From an uncultured Chloroflexia bacterium (GTDB lineage: Bacteria > Chloroflexota > Dehalococcoidia > GIF9 > UBA5629): a DNA stretch of 64,000 nt. Position 1 is the first letter of the stretch. Every line of letters starts with the position of its first letter. Made by a program: the position numbers and the translations under genes. This document shows positions 19,266 through 28,659 of this stretch, piece by piece. Where the stretch lies: contig OY970123.1 in the NCBI GenBank assembly GCA_963705905.1, forward strand, positions 134,919-198,918, written 5' to 3'. A model generated the notes under the pieces. That model had not been told where the DNA came from. It worked only from the letters and a program-made list of their open reading frames with translations, and searched no databases.

Positions 19266-19398
19266 AATGATCCTACTTGACGTGATAATAAACTCGTTAT
19301 GGAATCCCGTTTCTATTAAACCGCTATTTTAGATTATTATGGATACGGCTAACTTTTTTATCTGAATTTTCCAGCCTCAGTGGCTCCCTCCCGTTTAG

Positions 19399-20562
19399 CT
19401 ATTGTTTTAGTAATAATTGACTAAACAAAATATTATATTTTTCGGTAATAAAATCCCAGTTATATTCTTCTGCTATCCTTTTAGCATACCGGTTAGCTAT
19501 ATTTTTTAAGTCGACCTGATCACTTTCCAGCGTCTCGATGATGCTTGCCAAACTATCCTCATCCTGAAAGTACAATCCGCCATCTTCTAGGATTTCCCTA
19601 TGGAAAGGGACATCATACGCAATGATGGGTCTCCCGAATGCCATTTGTTCAACTAACGATGGATTGGTACCTCCCAGTCGGTATGAATGAATGTACGCGT
19701 AGCAATTCTTTCTGAGAATGTGCCATGGTTTTTTGTCCCATATTGAGCTTATTAATATTATTTTGGGGTAGCCACGCGCTAATTGGCGCAGTCGCATGGC
19801 GTATCTGTCTTTTTCCTGGAAATTGCCGGCAATAACCATTGATTTGGCAGATTTAGATCTCTTAAATCCTTCTATTTGCCTATGTATATTATTCTCAGCA
19901 ACTACTCTGCACATTGTTAAGTAGTATTCTCCAGCGGTTAAACCATATTGCTGTAAGACTTGATTTTCTTCCATTGCCGTAATATCTAAATTGGGAGACC
20001 GTTCTGACCCGTAGGCTATGAATACCACATTCTGGGCATGATAACGTTTATCGAGGTAATCCTCAATTGCTCGTGAATCCGCAATAACAGCGTGTGATAA
20101 CTTGACAGACATCCACTCCATTAATTTCATATACCATGATAGCGCGACTGCCAACGGCTTCCATCCTGGAGCAAGATACTGTTTTCTTATGAGCGGCCGT
20201 TTCCATTCTATTCCATCTGCATTTATGACTACTGTTTTACCGAGCAGTCTGGGCAATATCGCCGCCACGGCGCCATAATCAAGCACGTAATATACCAGAT
20301 CAATTTTGGGGCATCTTATCTGAAGATGGATGGTGGCCAAAATCTCGTTCAGAGCAGGTACTGTAAATGTCTTGCCTTCGATGGCCGGCGTGTGAATCCT
20401 GGTAACCCCCTCATATTTATCCATTCCAAATTTGCGGGAGTTACATGTAACATAAACCTCATAACCTCGCTGTGCTAGTCCTGGCGCTAGCTCCGAGATA
20501 AAGGTCTCGGCTCCGCCATATTTGGCTGGTATGCCTCTGGCACCAATGATAGCAATCTTCAT
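19399..20562 (-). CDS. Glycosyltransferase (GT4-like, DUF1972-type N-terminus)
   Basis: MKIAIIGARGIPAKYGGAETFISELAPGLAQRGYEVYVTC is typical of the WbuB/rhamnosyltransferase-like GT4 subgroup. Confidence 0.7.
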   Translation of the reverse strand: MKIAIIGARGIPAKYGGAETFISELAPGLAQRGYEVYVTCNSRKFGMDKYEGVTRIHTPAIEGKTFTVPALNEILATIHLQIRCPKIDLVYYVLDYGAVAAILPRLLGKTVVINADGIEWKRPLIRKQYLAPGWKPLAVALSWYMKLMEWMSVKLSHAVIADSRAIEDYLDKRYHAQNVVFIAYGSERSPNLDITAMEENQVLQQYGLTAGEYYLTMCRVVAENNIHRQIEGFKRSKSAKSMVIAGNFQEKDRYAMRLRQLARGYPKIILISSIWDKKPWHILRKNCYAYIHSYRLGGTNPSLVEQMAFGRPIIAYDVPFHREILEDGGLYFQDEDSLASIIETLESDQVDLKNIANRYAKRIAEEYNWDFITEKYNILFSQLLLKQ

Positions 20563-20832
20563 AATTCCTTTTCCTTATGATTATTCCGCATTTTTGTGCC
20601 AACCGTGGCAACAAAACACTCTTAGGGTAAGCTTGTCTATTAATTAAATTAATCTACTCTATCGTAGCCAACCTTAGTGCCTTTGTATTTATCAATCGGC
20701 AGTAGATAGCTGGAATAGAATTCTCCTCGCCTTTCTCATCCGAGCGATCAGCTGCAAATAGCCTTCTATATAGGCCGCGAAACGGGCAGATGTATCTTAT
20801 TGATGGTCTAGATTAAAGGGGAGCAGGCAGCC

Positions 20833-21702
20833 TCAACATAGGACGCCGATTTTTTTTAAATATTTTCGCAGTCCTTCTTCCCAATGGGGCATTATATCCA
20901 TATTCAGCTCTTTCAATTTGCTATTTTCCAGAACAGAGTATTTTGGCCTAGCTACCTTGCCTGCAAATTCATTCGGGTCCGCAACTAGAAGGTTGACTTG
21001 TGTTCCTGTTAGCTGGAATATCTTCGCTGCGAATGTGTACCAAGAACAGCTTCCTTGCGCTGTGACGTGATAAAGTCCATAGTGCCCTACTTTGCTCAAT
21101 TCAACGATTTGTTGGGAAATATCTTCGGTAAACGTAGGGGTTAGCACCTCATCATCGACAACCCGTACTTCCTTTCTTTCCTTTGCTAATTTCAGCATCA
21201 TCTGTATAAAATTGGTTCCCTTTTTGGCTCGACATGGATTGGTTCCATATAATCCTGAAACCCTGAACACAAAATATTTTTTTGCAATAGATCGTATAAA
21301 ATTCTCTCCACAAAGTTTACTATTTCCGTAGATATTTATTGGGAGTGGATAGTCAGTCTCAATATATGGAGTTTTTTTCTTTCCGTCAAAGACATAATCA
21401 GTACTAATATGGAATAACACAAAATCGAGCTCATTAGCCAACAGAGCCAGATTTCTTGCTCCTATCCCATTCACTTCAAATGCTTTAAGCGGCATCGTCT
21501 CACATGCTTCGACATTATGCATGGCTGCAGTATTTACCAGCAAATGGGGTCTAGTTTGTTCAAATTTAGCTTTTGCCAAATTGAAATCAGTAATATCCAA
21601 AACATCATGATCAAATGGGATGACCTCATGGCCACTATTTGAAAACGCTGTGCAGACATCACACCCTAATTGTCCGTTGGCGCCTGTTACCGCAACCCTC
21701 AT
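20833..21702 (-). CDS. rfbD: dTDP-4-dehydrorhamnose reductase
   Basis: MRVAVTGANGQLG...YHISTDYVFDG...YGNSKL. RmlD substrate-binding domain, 289 aa. Confidence 0.8.
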   Translation of the reverse strand: MRVAVTGANGQLGCDVCTAFSNSGHEVIPFDHDVLDITDFNLAKAKFEQTRPHLLVNTAAMHNVEACETMPLKAFEVNGIGARNLALLANELDFVLFHISTDYVFDGKKKTPYIETDYPLPINIYGNSKLCGENFIRSIAKKYFVFRVSGLYGTNPCRAKKGTNFIQMMLKLAKERKEVRVVDDEVLTPTFTEDISQQIVELSKVGHYGLYHVTAQGSCSWYTFAAKIFQLTGTQVNLLVADPNEFAGKVARPKYSVLENSKLKELNMDIMPHWEEGLRKYLKKIGVLC

Positions 21703-21747
21703 AGCATTTAACCTTCAACTCTAATGATACGTGACTGCTATCCGATT

Positions 21748-22716
21748 TTAGGCTCGACCTGCTCTATTCAGCTCCTTAAAAATTTTTATATTATAGTATT
21801 TCGGGTTCTCCATATCTTTGAACTTATCCATATTTTCAGCAAGATTTCGAACCGTATCCTTAACATTAAATCTAGGATTGAAACTCAACACATTTCGTGC
21901 TTTTTCAGACGTTACCTTATAGTTTCTGAAATCCTCTATATGCTTAATGTTAAGCCTGGCAGTGATGCCGAGATGTTCTTTAACCCCTTCTCTGACATAA
22001 TCAGCCACTTCACCTACCGTATAATTCCCGTACGCTATATTAAATATGCCTGATACATTATGATCCACTTCAACAGCACGTATGTACGATGAGGCTGCAT
22101 CCCTGACGTCTAGGATAGGTCTCCAGATTGAAGGGTTATTTACAGTAATTATTTTCTCAGTGACAGCGGTCTTGAACATGGCATTCACAATAAGGTCTAA
22201 ACGCATCCGCGGGCTATAGCCGGATACGGTGCCTTTTCGTAACGCAATGGTTGAGAATTTATCATCCTGAAGCCTGAGACAAGCAAATTCACCCTGGAGT
22301 TTGGAAATTCCGTAAGGGTAGTTTGAAGTAGCGAGCGCCGACTCATCACACAGTACGTCCACAGAATAACCATAAACCGAGCATGAGCAACCGTAGATAA
22401 ATCTTTTGACACCTGCTCGCTTTGAAACGTAGCTGAGATAGGCTGGCAATGCGGCATTGTCAACGAAATTACTGGCCGGAGAATATTCTGCCATAGGGTC
22501 ATTAGAAAGCCCCGCAATAAATATGACCTGGTCATATCCGGAAAGATCCTTTTCCTCCAAAGTCATAATTTCCTTCCGTATCACCTTGATCCCATCAGGC
22601 ATATGGTTCCCAAACCATAGCAGGTCAACTACATCGATCTCATAGCCACGCTCAATAAGTTGTGGAACTAATACCGAACCTAAATAACCGGCTCCGCCTG
22701 CAACAAGAATCTTCAT
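21748..22716 (-). CDS. NAD-dependent sugar epimerase/dehydratase (SDR extended family)
   Basis: MKILVAGGAGYLGS Rossmann motif, YGISK catalytic motif, 322 aa. Confidence 0.75.
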   Translation of the reverse strand: MKILVAGGAGYLGSVLVPQLIERGYEIDVVDLLWFGNHMPDGIKVIRKEIMTLEEKDLSGYDQVIFIAGLSNDPMAEYSPASNFVDNAALPAYLSYVSKRAGVKRFIYGCSCSVYGYSVDVLCDESALATSNYPYGISKLQGEFACLRLQDDKFSTIALRKGTVSGYSPRMRLDLIVNAMFKTAVTEKIITVNNPSIWRPILDVRDAASSYIRAVEVDHNVSGIFNIAYGNYTVGEVADYVREGVKEHLGITARLNIKHIEDFRNYKVTSEKARNVLSFNPRFNVKDTVRNLAENMDKFKDMENPKYYNIKIFKELNRAGRA

Positions 22717-22868
22717 AAAACCTCACATTATTTCTTTTGAACAATTCCTCAAGCATGGTGTCTGCTTTGCTTCCGTACATCGTTTTGTTTTCACAAGTGC
22801 TACTTTCTTACTTAATGATCGCTTAAGAATTTTAAGGGAAATCTCAACAACAGATTATAAGTGTTTTT

Positions 22869-23435
22869 TTAATAACTAAAATTTTGGGATTCTATCCTTT
22901 TTAGCCATTCTGTCAATGTTTGAGCAGATTGATCCTTCTGTGTTACAGTTGGATTTTTTATGGGCCAATTGATTCCAATCTCAGGATCATTCCAACGAAT
23001 CCCTGATTCACATTTATTGTTATAGACGCCAGTACAAAGGTATTGTACCTCGGCATAGTCGCTCAACACGCAAAACCCCCGGGCAAATCCAGCAGGAGCC
23101 CAAACCTGGATTACGTTTTCTTCGGATGCCACAGTTCCAAACCATTTTCCAAGCGTGGGAGACCCTTTTCGTATATCGACCGCAACTAGGAATGCCTTTC
23201 CACGTGTAACGCGCATGAGCTTTCCCATTGGCGGATCCCATTGGAAGTGAAGCCCACGCAAAACTCCTTTAACCGACCCAGAGTGATTCAGCTGAACAAA
23301 TGCATCTGGAAGTCCCAGATTCTTAAACTGATCCTGCCTGTAGACTTCGAAAAAAAAACCTCGTTCATCTCGAAATATTTCCGGAATTACTATGACCACT
23401 TCGTCAATCGATGTTTTTTCAGTGGTTAACTCCAA
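22869..23435 (-). CDS. rfbC: dTDP-4-dehydrorhamnose 3,5-epimerase
   Basis: IPEIFRDERGFFFEVYR...RGLHFQ. Cupin RmlC signature, 188 aa. Confidence 0.85.
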   Translation of the reverse strand: MELTTEKTSIDEVVIVIPEIFRDERGFFFEVYRQDQFKNLGLPDAFVQLNHSGSVKGVLRGLHFQWDPPMGKLMRVTRGKAFLVAVDIRKGSPTLGKWFGTVASEENVIQVWAPAGFARGFCVLSDYAEVQYLCTGVYNNKCESGIRWNDPEIGINWPIKNPTVTQKDQSAQTLTEWLKRIESQNFSY

Positions 23436-23550
23436 TTTTTTACCCTCCTAAACTGACTGCTTATTCTCATTGAAGCTTGGTACAGCAATTGCTTTTTTGG
23501 ATAGTCTCCCTACCAATGTTTAAGATATGCGAAAGGGTTGGACCCAATGT

Positions 23551-24306
23551 CTAGCAATGCCCATTTATTCGTTCCTTGATAATGACCTTCAGTATTTTCC
23601 ATCCATCTTTAAAGGTATGAAGTTTTCCTTTCCCGGAGCGCCTTTTATGTTCCCAGCACGGTATCTCAACTATTTTCAGCCGTTTTTTCCGGGCTTTAAT
23701 AAAGAGCTCTATCTCCATCTCAAACCCATCAGTCTTAAGGTCCATATCAGATATAGCGTTTTTCCAGAATGCGTTGTAACCGTAGGTGATATCAGTGAAT
23801 TTACCTCTGTAGAGCATATTTGCCAGCAATGTAAACATTGTGTTACCAAACATCCTTATTATCGGCATATCCTTTGTGCCGCCGCCAAGAACGAAGCGGG
23901 ACCCTTTGGCAAAATCAAAGCCGTTGTAGAGTGGAATTATAAATAGCGGTAATTCAGAAATATTCATTGATCCATCAGCATCCATTATGCAAACTATATC
24001 GCCCCGTGCTGCCTTTATACCCGCCTTTATAGCGTCCCCTTTGCCCTTTCCTTTCTGATAAATGACTCTCAAATCCGGATACAATTGTCTGGCAACCTCG
24101 ACAGTATCATCAGACGAATTGCCATCGATCAGCATAACTTCATGAATATAGTCGGGCACTTCAGGTAGAAGATATTTCAAATTGGAGGATTCGTTTAATG
24201 TAGGTATCATGAGAGTAACTTTGAGCGCATTCTTAGTAAACGCTTTATATAATAGTTCAGAATAAAATCTACTATCCGTTTCTGCAGGCCGTGTTAGCGT
24301 ATCCAT
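23551..24306 (-). CDS. GT2 glycosyltransferase, polyprenyl-phosphate sugar synthase-like
   Basis: VTLMIPTLNESSNL...LIDGNSSDDT...IMDADGS, 251 aa. Confidence 0.8.
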   Translation of the reverse strand: MDTLTRPAETDSRFYSELLYKAFTKNALKVTLMIPTLNESSNLKYLLPEVPDYIHEVMLIDGNSSDDTVEVARQLYPDLRVIYQKGKGKGDAIKAGIKAARGDIVCIMDADGSMNISELPLFIIPLYNGFDFAKGSRFVLGGGTKDMPIIRMFGNTMFTLLANMLYRGKFTDITYGYNAFWKNAISDMDLKTDGFEMEIELFIKARKKRLKIVEIPCWEHKRRSGKGKLHTFKDGWKILKVIIKERINGHC

Positions 24307-24336
24307 GATATGCCCCCTGTACCTTCAACTGTAAAT

Positions 24337-25245
24337 TCATGAATTTAATCTACTGGATATAAAACTGAATGTTTTTTCGGCCTGTTCTTTGCTAGATACG
24401 CCGACAGCTACACCATAGATGTTAGGTAATCCATCAAGATAGCTCCAGGCCTGTTCCAGCGTAATCAAACCGCCAGCCAAAATAGCGAAAATGATAATAT
24501 CAAATCCATCTGCATTGTTTAGTGCCTTCTCTGCCTCTGTTTTGGATGGATTCATTTGCATGCCGATTGCATTAAGGGGAGTTGTTAACATTATATTGTC
24601 CGGCTTCATATCCCATTGCCTGAATTTTTCCAGTAAGAAGGGAAGATTGCGTGTGTGAAAACCGGGCCTAATATCTAATTCATTCATCGCATCTACGTGT
24701 GAATTAAATAACCATTGCATATCCAGCGCCAACGCCATATCCGTCACTACCTCATGAATAAAAATGCAATCGAGTTCTGCTTTTTTACCGGCGGCGGCTT
24801 TAATTCTGCCCGCCTCATAATAAGCGTACGCTTTAAAAGCAGATCCGGGATCAACAGTCAAAGCTCCTTTAACCCCGTTGACGATCGCTTTATAATTTCC
24901 CGATAGCACAATTTGCGTGGCTATCATCCTTGCCAAACCCACTATTCCTCCTAGCGAAACCGCCAATCGCACATATTCATAAGCATAAGGAATGAATGCG
25001 TAGAGTTTGGGTGAGGAACTGAATTGATATTTGCGAAGAAGGCGCAAAATGGATAGTGTTGTTTCATCTACTGTAAACGTAAATCCTCCGGCGCCGTTAT
25101 TAATAGCTGCCGCCACTATTCCGGCAGCATATTCCGGCTCCCGGATTGCCTGGCCCCTTTGATTCGCCCTATCCTGGGAAACGTGGCTTACTCCATGGAA
25201 TGGATTATCGCCAACCAATGATAATTTCCGTTTTGAATCAGCCAT
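24337..25245 (-). CDS. Hypothetical protein in the sugar-modification cluster
   Basis: 302-aa ORF with coding-like composition. Overlaps the start of the downstream oxidoreductase by 8 nt, suggesting co-translation. No motif recognised. Confidence 0.4.
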   Translation of the reverse strand: MADSKRKLSLVGDNPFHGVSHVSQDRANQRGQAIREPEYAAGIVAAAINNGAGGFTFTVDETTLSILRLLRKYQFSSSPKLYAFIPYAYEYVRLAVSLGGIVGLARMIATQIVLSGNYKAIVNGVKGALTVDPGSAFKAYAYYEAGRIKAAAGKKAELDCIFIHEVVTDMALALDMQWLFNSHVDAMNELDIRPGFHTRNLPFLLEKFRQWDMKPDNIMLTTPLNAIGMQMNPSKTEAEKALNNADGFDIIIFAILAGGLITLEQAWSYLDGLPNIYGVAVGVSSKEQAEKTFSFISSRLNS

Positions 25246-26245
25246 GATGCCCCATTTTTAATATTTTCTCGATAATAAGGTCCGTGTTCGCCGCGCACGA
25301 AAAATCGGAACTGGTTGCATTCCCACTATTTAACGAATCAACAAAGTGTCTGTCCTCATGATAATAGTCAGATTCAGCCAGAAAGAAGGGCACGCCACCT
25401 TCGAGCTCAGGTCTCATTTTATTTACAGATTCCTTATTTGTATTTGAATGGAACTCAAATAGGTCTTCCGTAACATTAATTTTGCCCAGTGTGCCAATAA
25501 CATTAATGCCTATTTCGGGTAATCGATAGTTTGCCCTGGACCAGGAAGCATCGAATGTACCTTCACTGCTGTTACTACAGTTAATTTTTACATGGGCCGA
25601 ATCAACATAACTCAGCTGAGCATTATTTTTCATGGTTAATTCTGCACTTAAAACATCCATGTCTCCGAGCATCCATAACATCATGTCCAGAGCATGGCAA
25701 CCTATGTCACGAAGGACGTCTCCCCGGGCGAATGCCTGGGGGATAAAGTCCCCGTTTGAGCAGAAATCAGATGAATAAGAATGTCCCGCAAATGATGTGA
25801 CTTTCCCTAATTTCCCTTCATCTATATAGGATCTGGCCATTTTAAATGTTGGTGCGAAGCGTTTCATATAGCCGACCATGGTAATGCCCTTGTTTTGTTC
25901 TGCCAGTTCGCAGAGCTCGTTTGATTGGAGATGATCAAAGGTAAACGGTTTTTCGACAAATATATTGTTGGAGATACCTTTTTCATAAATCGTAGTAATA
26001 ACAGGATAGTGAGTGGCTGCCGGCGTAGTGACATACACAGCATCAATTTGAGCGCCTTTAAGCTCCTTTACGTTTTTCACTAATGGGATTCCGGATAGCG
26101 CCCGCTCTCCGAACATGCGAATTAGGCTGTTAGTTTCACAAATGCAAGAGATTTGAACATCCGGCATGCTGCTCAAAATACTCGCATGCAGGAGTCCCAT
26201 TTTCCCCAGGCCGACCAATGCAATCTTTTTCAATCTGCTGTCCAT
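25238..26245 (-). CDS. Gfo/Idh/MocA-family NAD(P)-dependent oxidoreductase
   Basis: IALVGLGKMGLLHA N-terminal Rossmann fold, 335 aa. Typical sugar dehydrogenase architecture. Confidence 0.8.
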   Translation of the reverse strand: MDSRLKKIALVGLGKMGLLHASILSSMPDVQISCICETNSLIRMFGERALSGIPLVKNVKELKGAQIDAVYVTTPAATHYPVITTIYEKGISNNIFVEKPFTFDHLQSNELCELAEQNKGITMVGYMKRFAPTFKMARSYIDEGKLGKVTSFAGHSYSSDFCSNGDFIPQAFARGDVLRDIGCHALDMMLWMLGDMDVLSAELTMKNNAQLSYVDSAHVKINCSNSSEGTFDASWSRANYRLPEIGINVIGTLGKINVTEDLFEFHSNTNKESVNKMRPELEGGVPFFLAESDYYHEDRHFVDSLNSGNATSSDFSCAANTDLIIEKILKMGHHG

Positions 26246-26649
26246 CGCTTCACGTATTCAAATCAAATTATTGAGGAGGCTAGTGCCAGGGACTCAAATT
26301 ATTAACAAGAAGGTTACACTCTACCAGCGCAGCAGACTAATGGCATAAATCCAAGGTTTTGGAATTGGCTTTCTTTCCGCCTCCCCAAATTACCCTTTTG
26401 GAATATATATCCGTTTATCGTCTGGGCTGAAACGCCCTATTATGATTGAGCCATTAATCATTGTCAAGTGCAATTACCTCACAAATAGTAACCAGATTAT
26501 TGGCTACCTTACGTATCCGCACAGGACTATTTTCCTATGCTCAATAGTACCATCTAGGCATTCCAATTATAAGAAATGTTAGCTAAAGTAAGTTGATAAG
26601 ATATTTATTGGTGATTGGAACGCTAAATATAGAATAAAAGAGGTCTGAT

Positions 26650-26856
26650 ATGACAAACGGAAATACGAAATCATTATTGACAACCCGTGAGCTGGCACGG
26701 CTGTTGAATGTTCATATTAATACGGTGAGGCATTGGAGCGACGAGGGAATACTTAAGTCCTTCCGGATTGGTCCCCGGGGAGACAGGCGTTTTTCTCGTG
26801 ATGATGTCATCGCCTTTCTGAGCTCCAGTCAAAGAGGGCCGGAAGTTAAAGCCTGA
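26650..26856 (+). CDS. Excisionase/MerR-family HTH DNA-binding protein (paralog of 4952..5197)
   Basis: LLTTRELARLLNVHINTVRHWSDEGILKSFRIGPRGDRRFSRDDV is ~70% identical to the other copy. Confidence 0.7.
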   Translation: MTNGNTKSLLTTRELARLLNVHINTVRHWSDEGILKSFRIGPRGDRRFSRDDVIAFLSSSQRGPEVKA

Positions 26857-26874
26857 TTTAGAGGCATTTTCCGC

Positions 26875-26936
26875 GAAACTCCGCCAGGGCTTGGCAGGCT
26901 TCGCTGGCGGAGTAAGGCACAGGGAGAAAACCCGTG
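26875..26936. repeat. Leader repeat copy B (inverted relative to 13055..13118), followed by a 14-codon ORF stub
   Basis: The reverse complement aligns to copy A with one indel and an 8-nt variable block. Followed by GGGAGA-N6-GTG and a 14-aa ORF ending in TAA. Confidence 0.75.
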
Positions 26937-27055
26937 CTCACCGCCTATTCTAACAAAGCTAAGGCGCTACCTCAATAAAGATCATACCTTATTTGTCTGC
27001 GTAATTATTTTCGCATCGGTCATCGGCAGCATTCAGTTATGCTGAATACCAAGCT

Positions 27056-28411
27056 TTATTGCCAGCCGCCTGTTTTGAGGTCCAGCATCACATTATTGTC
27101 CGGCGGCGGCAGGTCTTTCCAGAGGCTTTCAACAAGGATCTTCTTTAACTGGACTCCCAGCCAGGCCCGCAGGCTGAGCCCGTTTTCCTGTATGGCCGGC
27201 TGCCCGGCAGGCAATTTTTCATCTCCTGCCATGTGGGCCTCCACAGCTCCGGCTACGTCTCGTGCGATCCCGGCTGCCTCGACGCTGTCCACGCCGTAGG
27301 GGGTAATCATGGCCGTTATTCCCGCTGTCAGGCCTTTGTCTAATTGTCCTTTGGCATAGCCCTGTAAATCGACGGGATGCGATGGTATCGATTGTATATG
27401 CACGCTGCGTATGGCGGCCTCCTGTGACCCATCGATATTTATCACCCGGTAAGGGCAGGTATAAGTAACCAGCGAGCCGGTCTCCACGTCGAAAAGGAAT
27501 TTATTGTCCGGCCAGTTCCTCTCTGTGATGTCCTGTGCGTGGAAGTGCCCTGTGAATACCAGGCGCACGTTATATGCAGCAAATAATCTGGAAACCGCCT
27601 GGTAATTTTCTATCACAAATTCGGGGAAATACGTGGCCATGCCGTCGAAATGCTCCGTCACCGGATGATGCTCCATGGCGATCACAGCCTTGCCGCTCTG
27701 GGCCGCCTTGATCAGCATGTCTTCTATCCACCCCATCGTCTGCGGGCTAAACCTGCCTCCTGTGACCGTTTTTGTCTCCCCTACCTTGCCCCTGTATCTG
27801 GCCGAGTCCAGGGCCAGCAGCCAGAGCCCTTCCTGGGGCTCAGCTACATAGCTGAGCGAGGCAGGGTCCCGGTAAAGGGCATCCTTATACCCGAAGTCGG
27901 CGTAAATCTGTGCAAAGTCTTCGGCCGTGACATTGCGGATGCGGAGCTGAATGTTGCCGGCATATTCGAAGGCGCTGGCATTTTCTATATCATGGTTGCC
28001 GGGTATGACGTAAACTTTTTTACCGCTGGCCTGCAACTGCCTCAAATACTGCGCTACAAGCTCGTGCGAGGCGCGGTCGCCGTGGTCGGTCAGGTCGCCG
28101 GCCACCAGTACGAAGCTGACATTTTCAGTGTTGATTTCCCCGACCGCTGTCTGCAATATCTCGGCGCTCTCCCTGGTCAGCTTGTAGTCACCCGCAATAT
28201 AATTCTCAAAGGCTTTTCCCTCCGTTCCGAGGTCGGGATCGTAGGTATGCGGGTCGGTCATGACAGCGAAATTTACCGCAGGATAGGCCGGGGGCTTATT
28301 CAGCAGCGATCGCAGATTGGGATCGGTCTCATACTTCGGCGGCTGCGCGCTGCAGGCGGCAATCGCCGGTATCAGTAGGGCGCACAGCGCCAGGAAAATC
28401 GCTCTCTTCAT
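27056..28411 (-). CDS. Secreted metallophosphoesterase (calcineurin-like)
   Basis: Signal peptide MKRAIFLALCALLIPAIAAC. Motifs GDLTDHGD, GNHD, GHFH. Confidence 0.75.
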   Translation of the reverse strand: MKRAIFLALCALLIPAIAACSAQPPKYETDPNLRSLLNKPPAYPAVNFAVMTDPHTYDPDLGTEGKAFENYIAGDYKLTRESAEILQTAVGEINTENVSFVLVAGDLTDHGDRASHELVAQYLRQLQASGKKVYVIPGNHDIENASAFEYAGNIQLRIRNVTAEDFAQIYADFGYKDALYRDPASLSYVAEPQEGLWLLALDSARYRGKVGETKTVTGGRFSPQTMGWIEDMLIKAAQSGKAVIAMEHHPVTEHFDGMATYFPEFVIENYQAVSRLFAAYNVRLVFTGHFHAQDITERNWPDNKFLFDVETGSLVTYTCPYRVINIDGSQEAAIRSVHIQSIPSHPVDLQGYAKGQLDKGLTAGITAMITPYGVDSVEAAGIARDVAGAVEAHMAGDEKLPAGQPAIQENGLSLRAWLGVQLKKILVESLWKDLPPPDNNVMLDLKTGGWQ

Positions 28412-28659
28412 TTCTTATGATAATACGAGATTTTTGTGCTAAAGGTAAACATTTTGGATGTTATAGTGCGGCAGGTTCGACGTCATATGTAAACCGATTT
28501 GACATGCGTGATACAATTATGAGAGTATAAAGTAGTCTGATGGTCGTATTGACAAATAATGGGGGGAAATTTGGTGGAACGTTGCCGGTATGACCGTCTG
28601 CCACACTTGTATTCCGAGGGCCATATTTATCCCATATTTACCTGCGTACAGGAGGCAAC

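Noticed and set aside
27650-28378. 242-aa plus-strand ORF
   Set aside because: Antisense to the metallophosphoesterase gene. GC-rich region produces long spurious frames.
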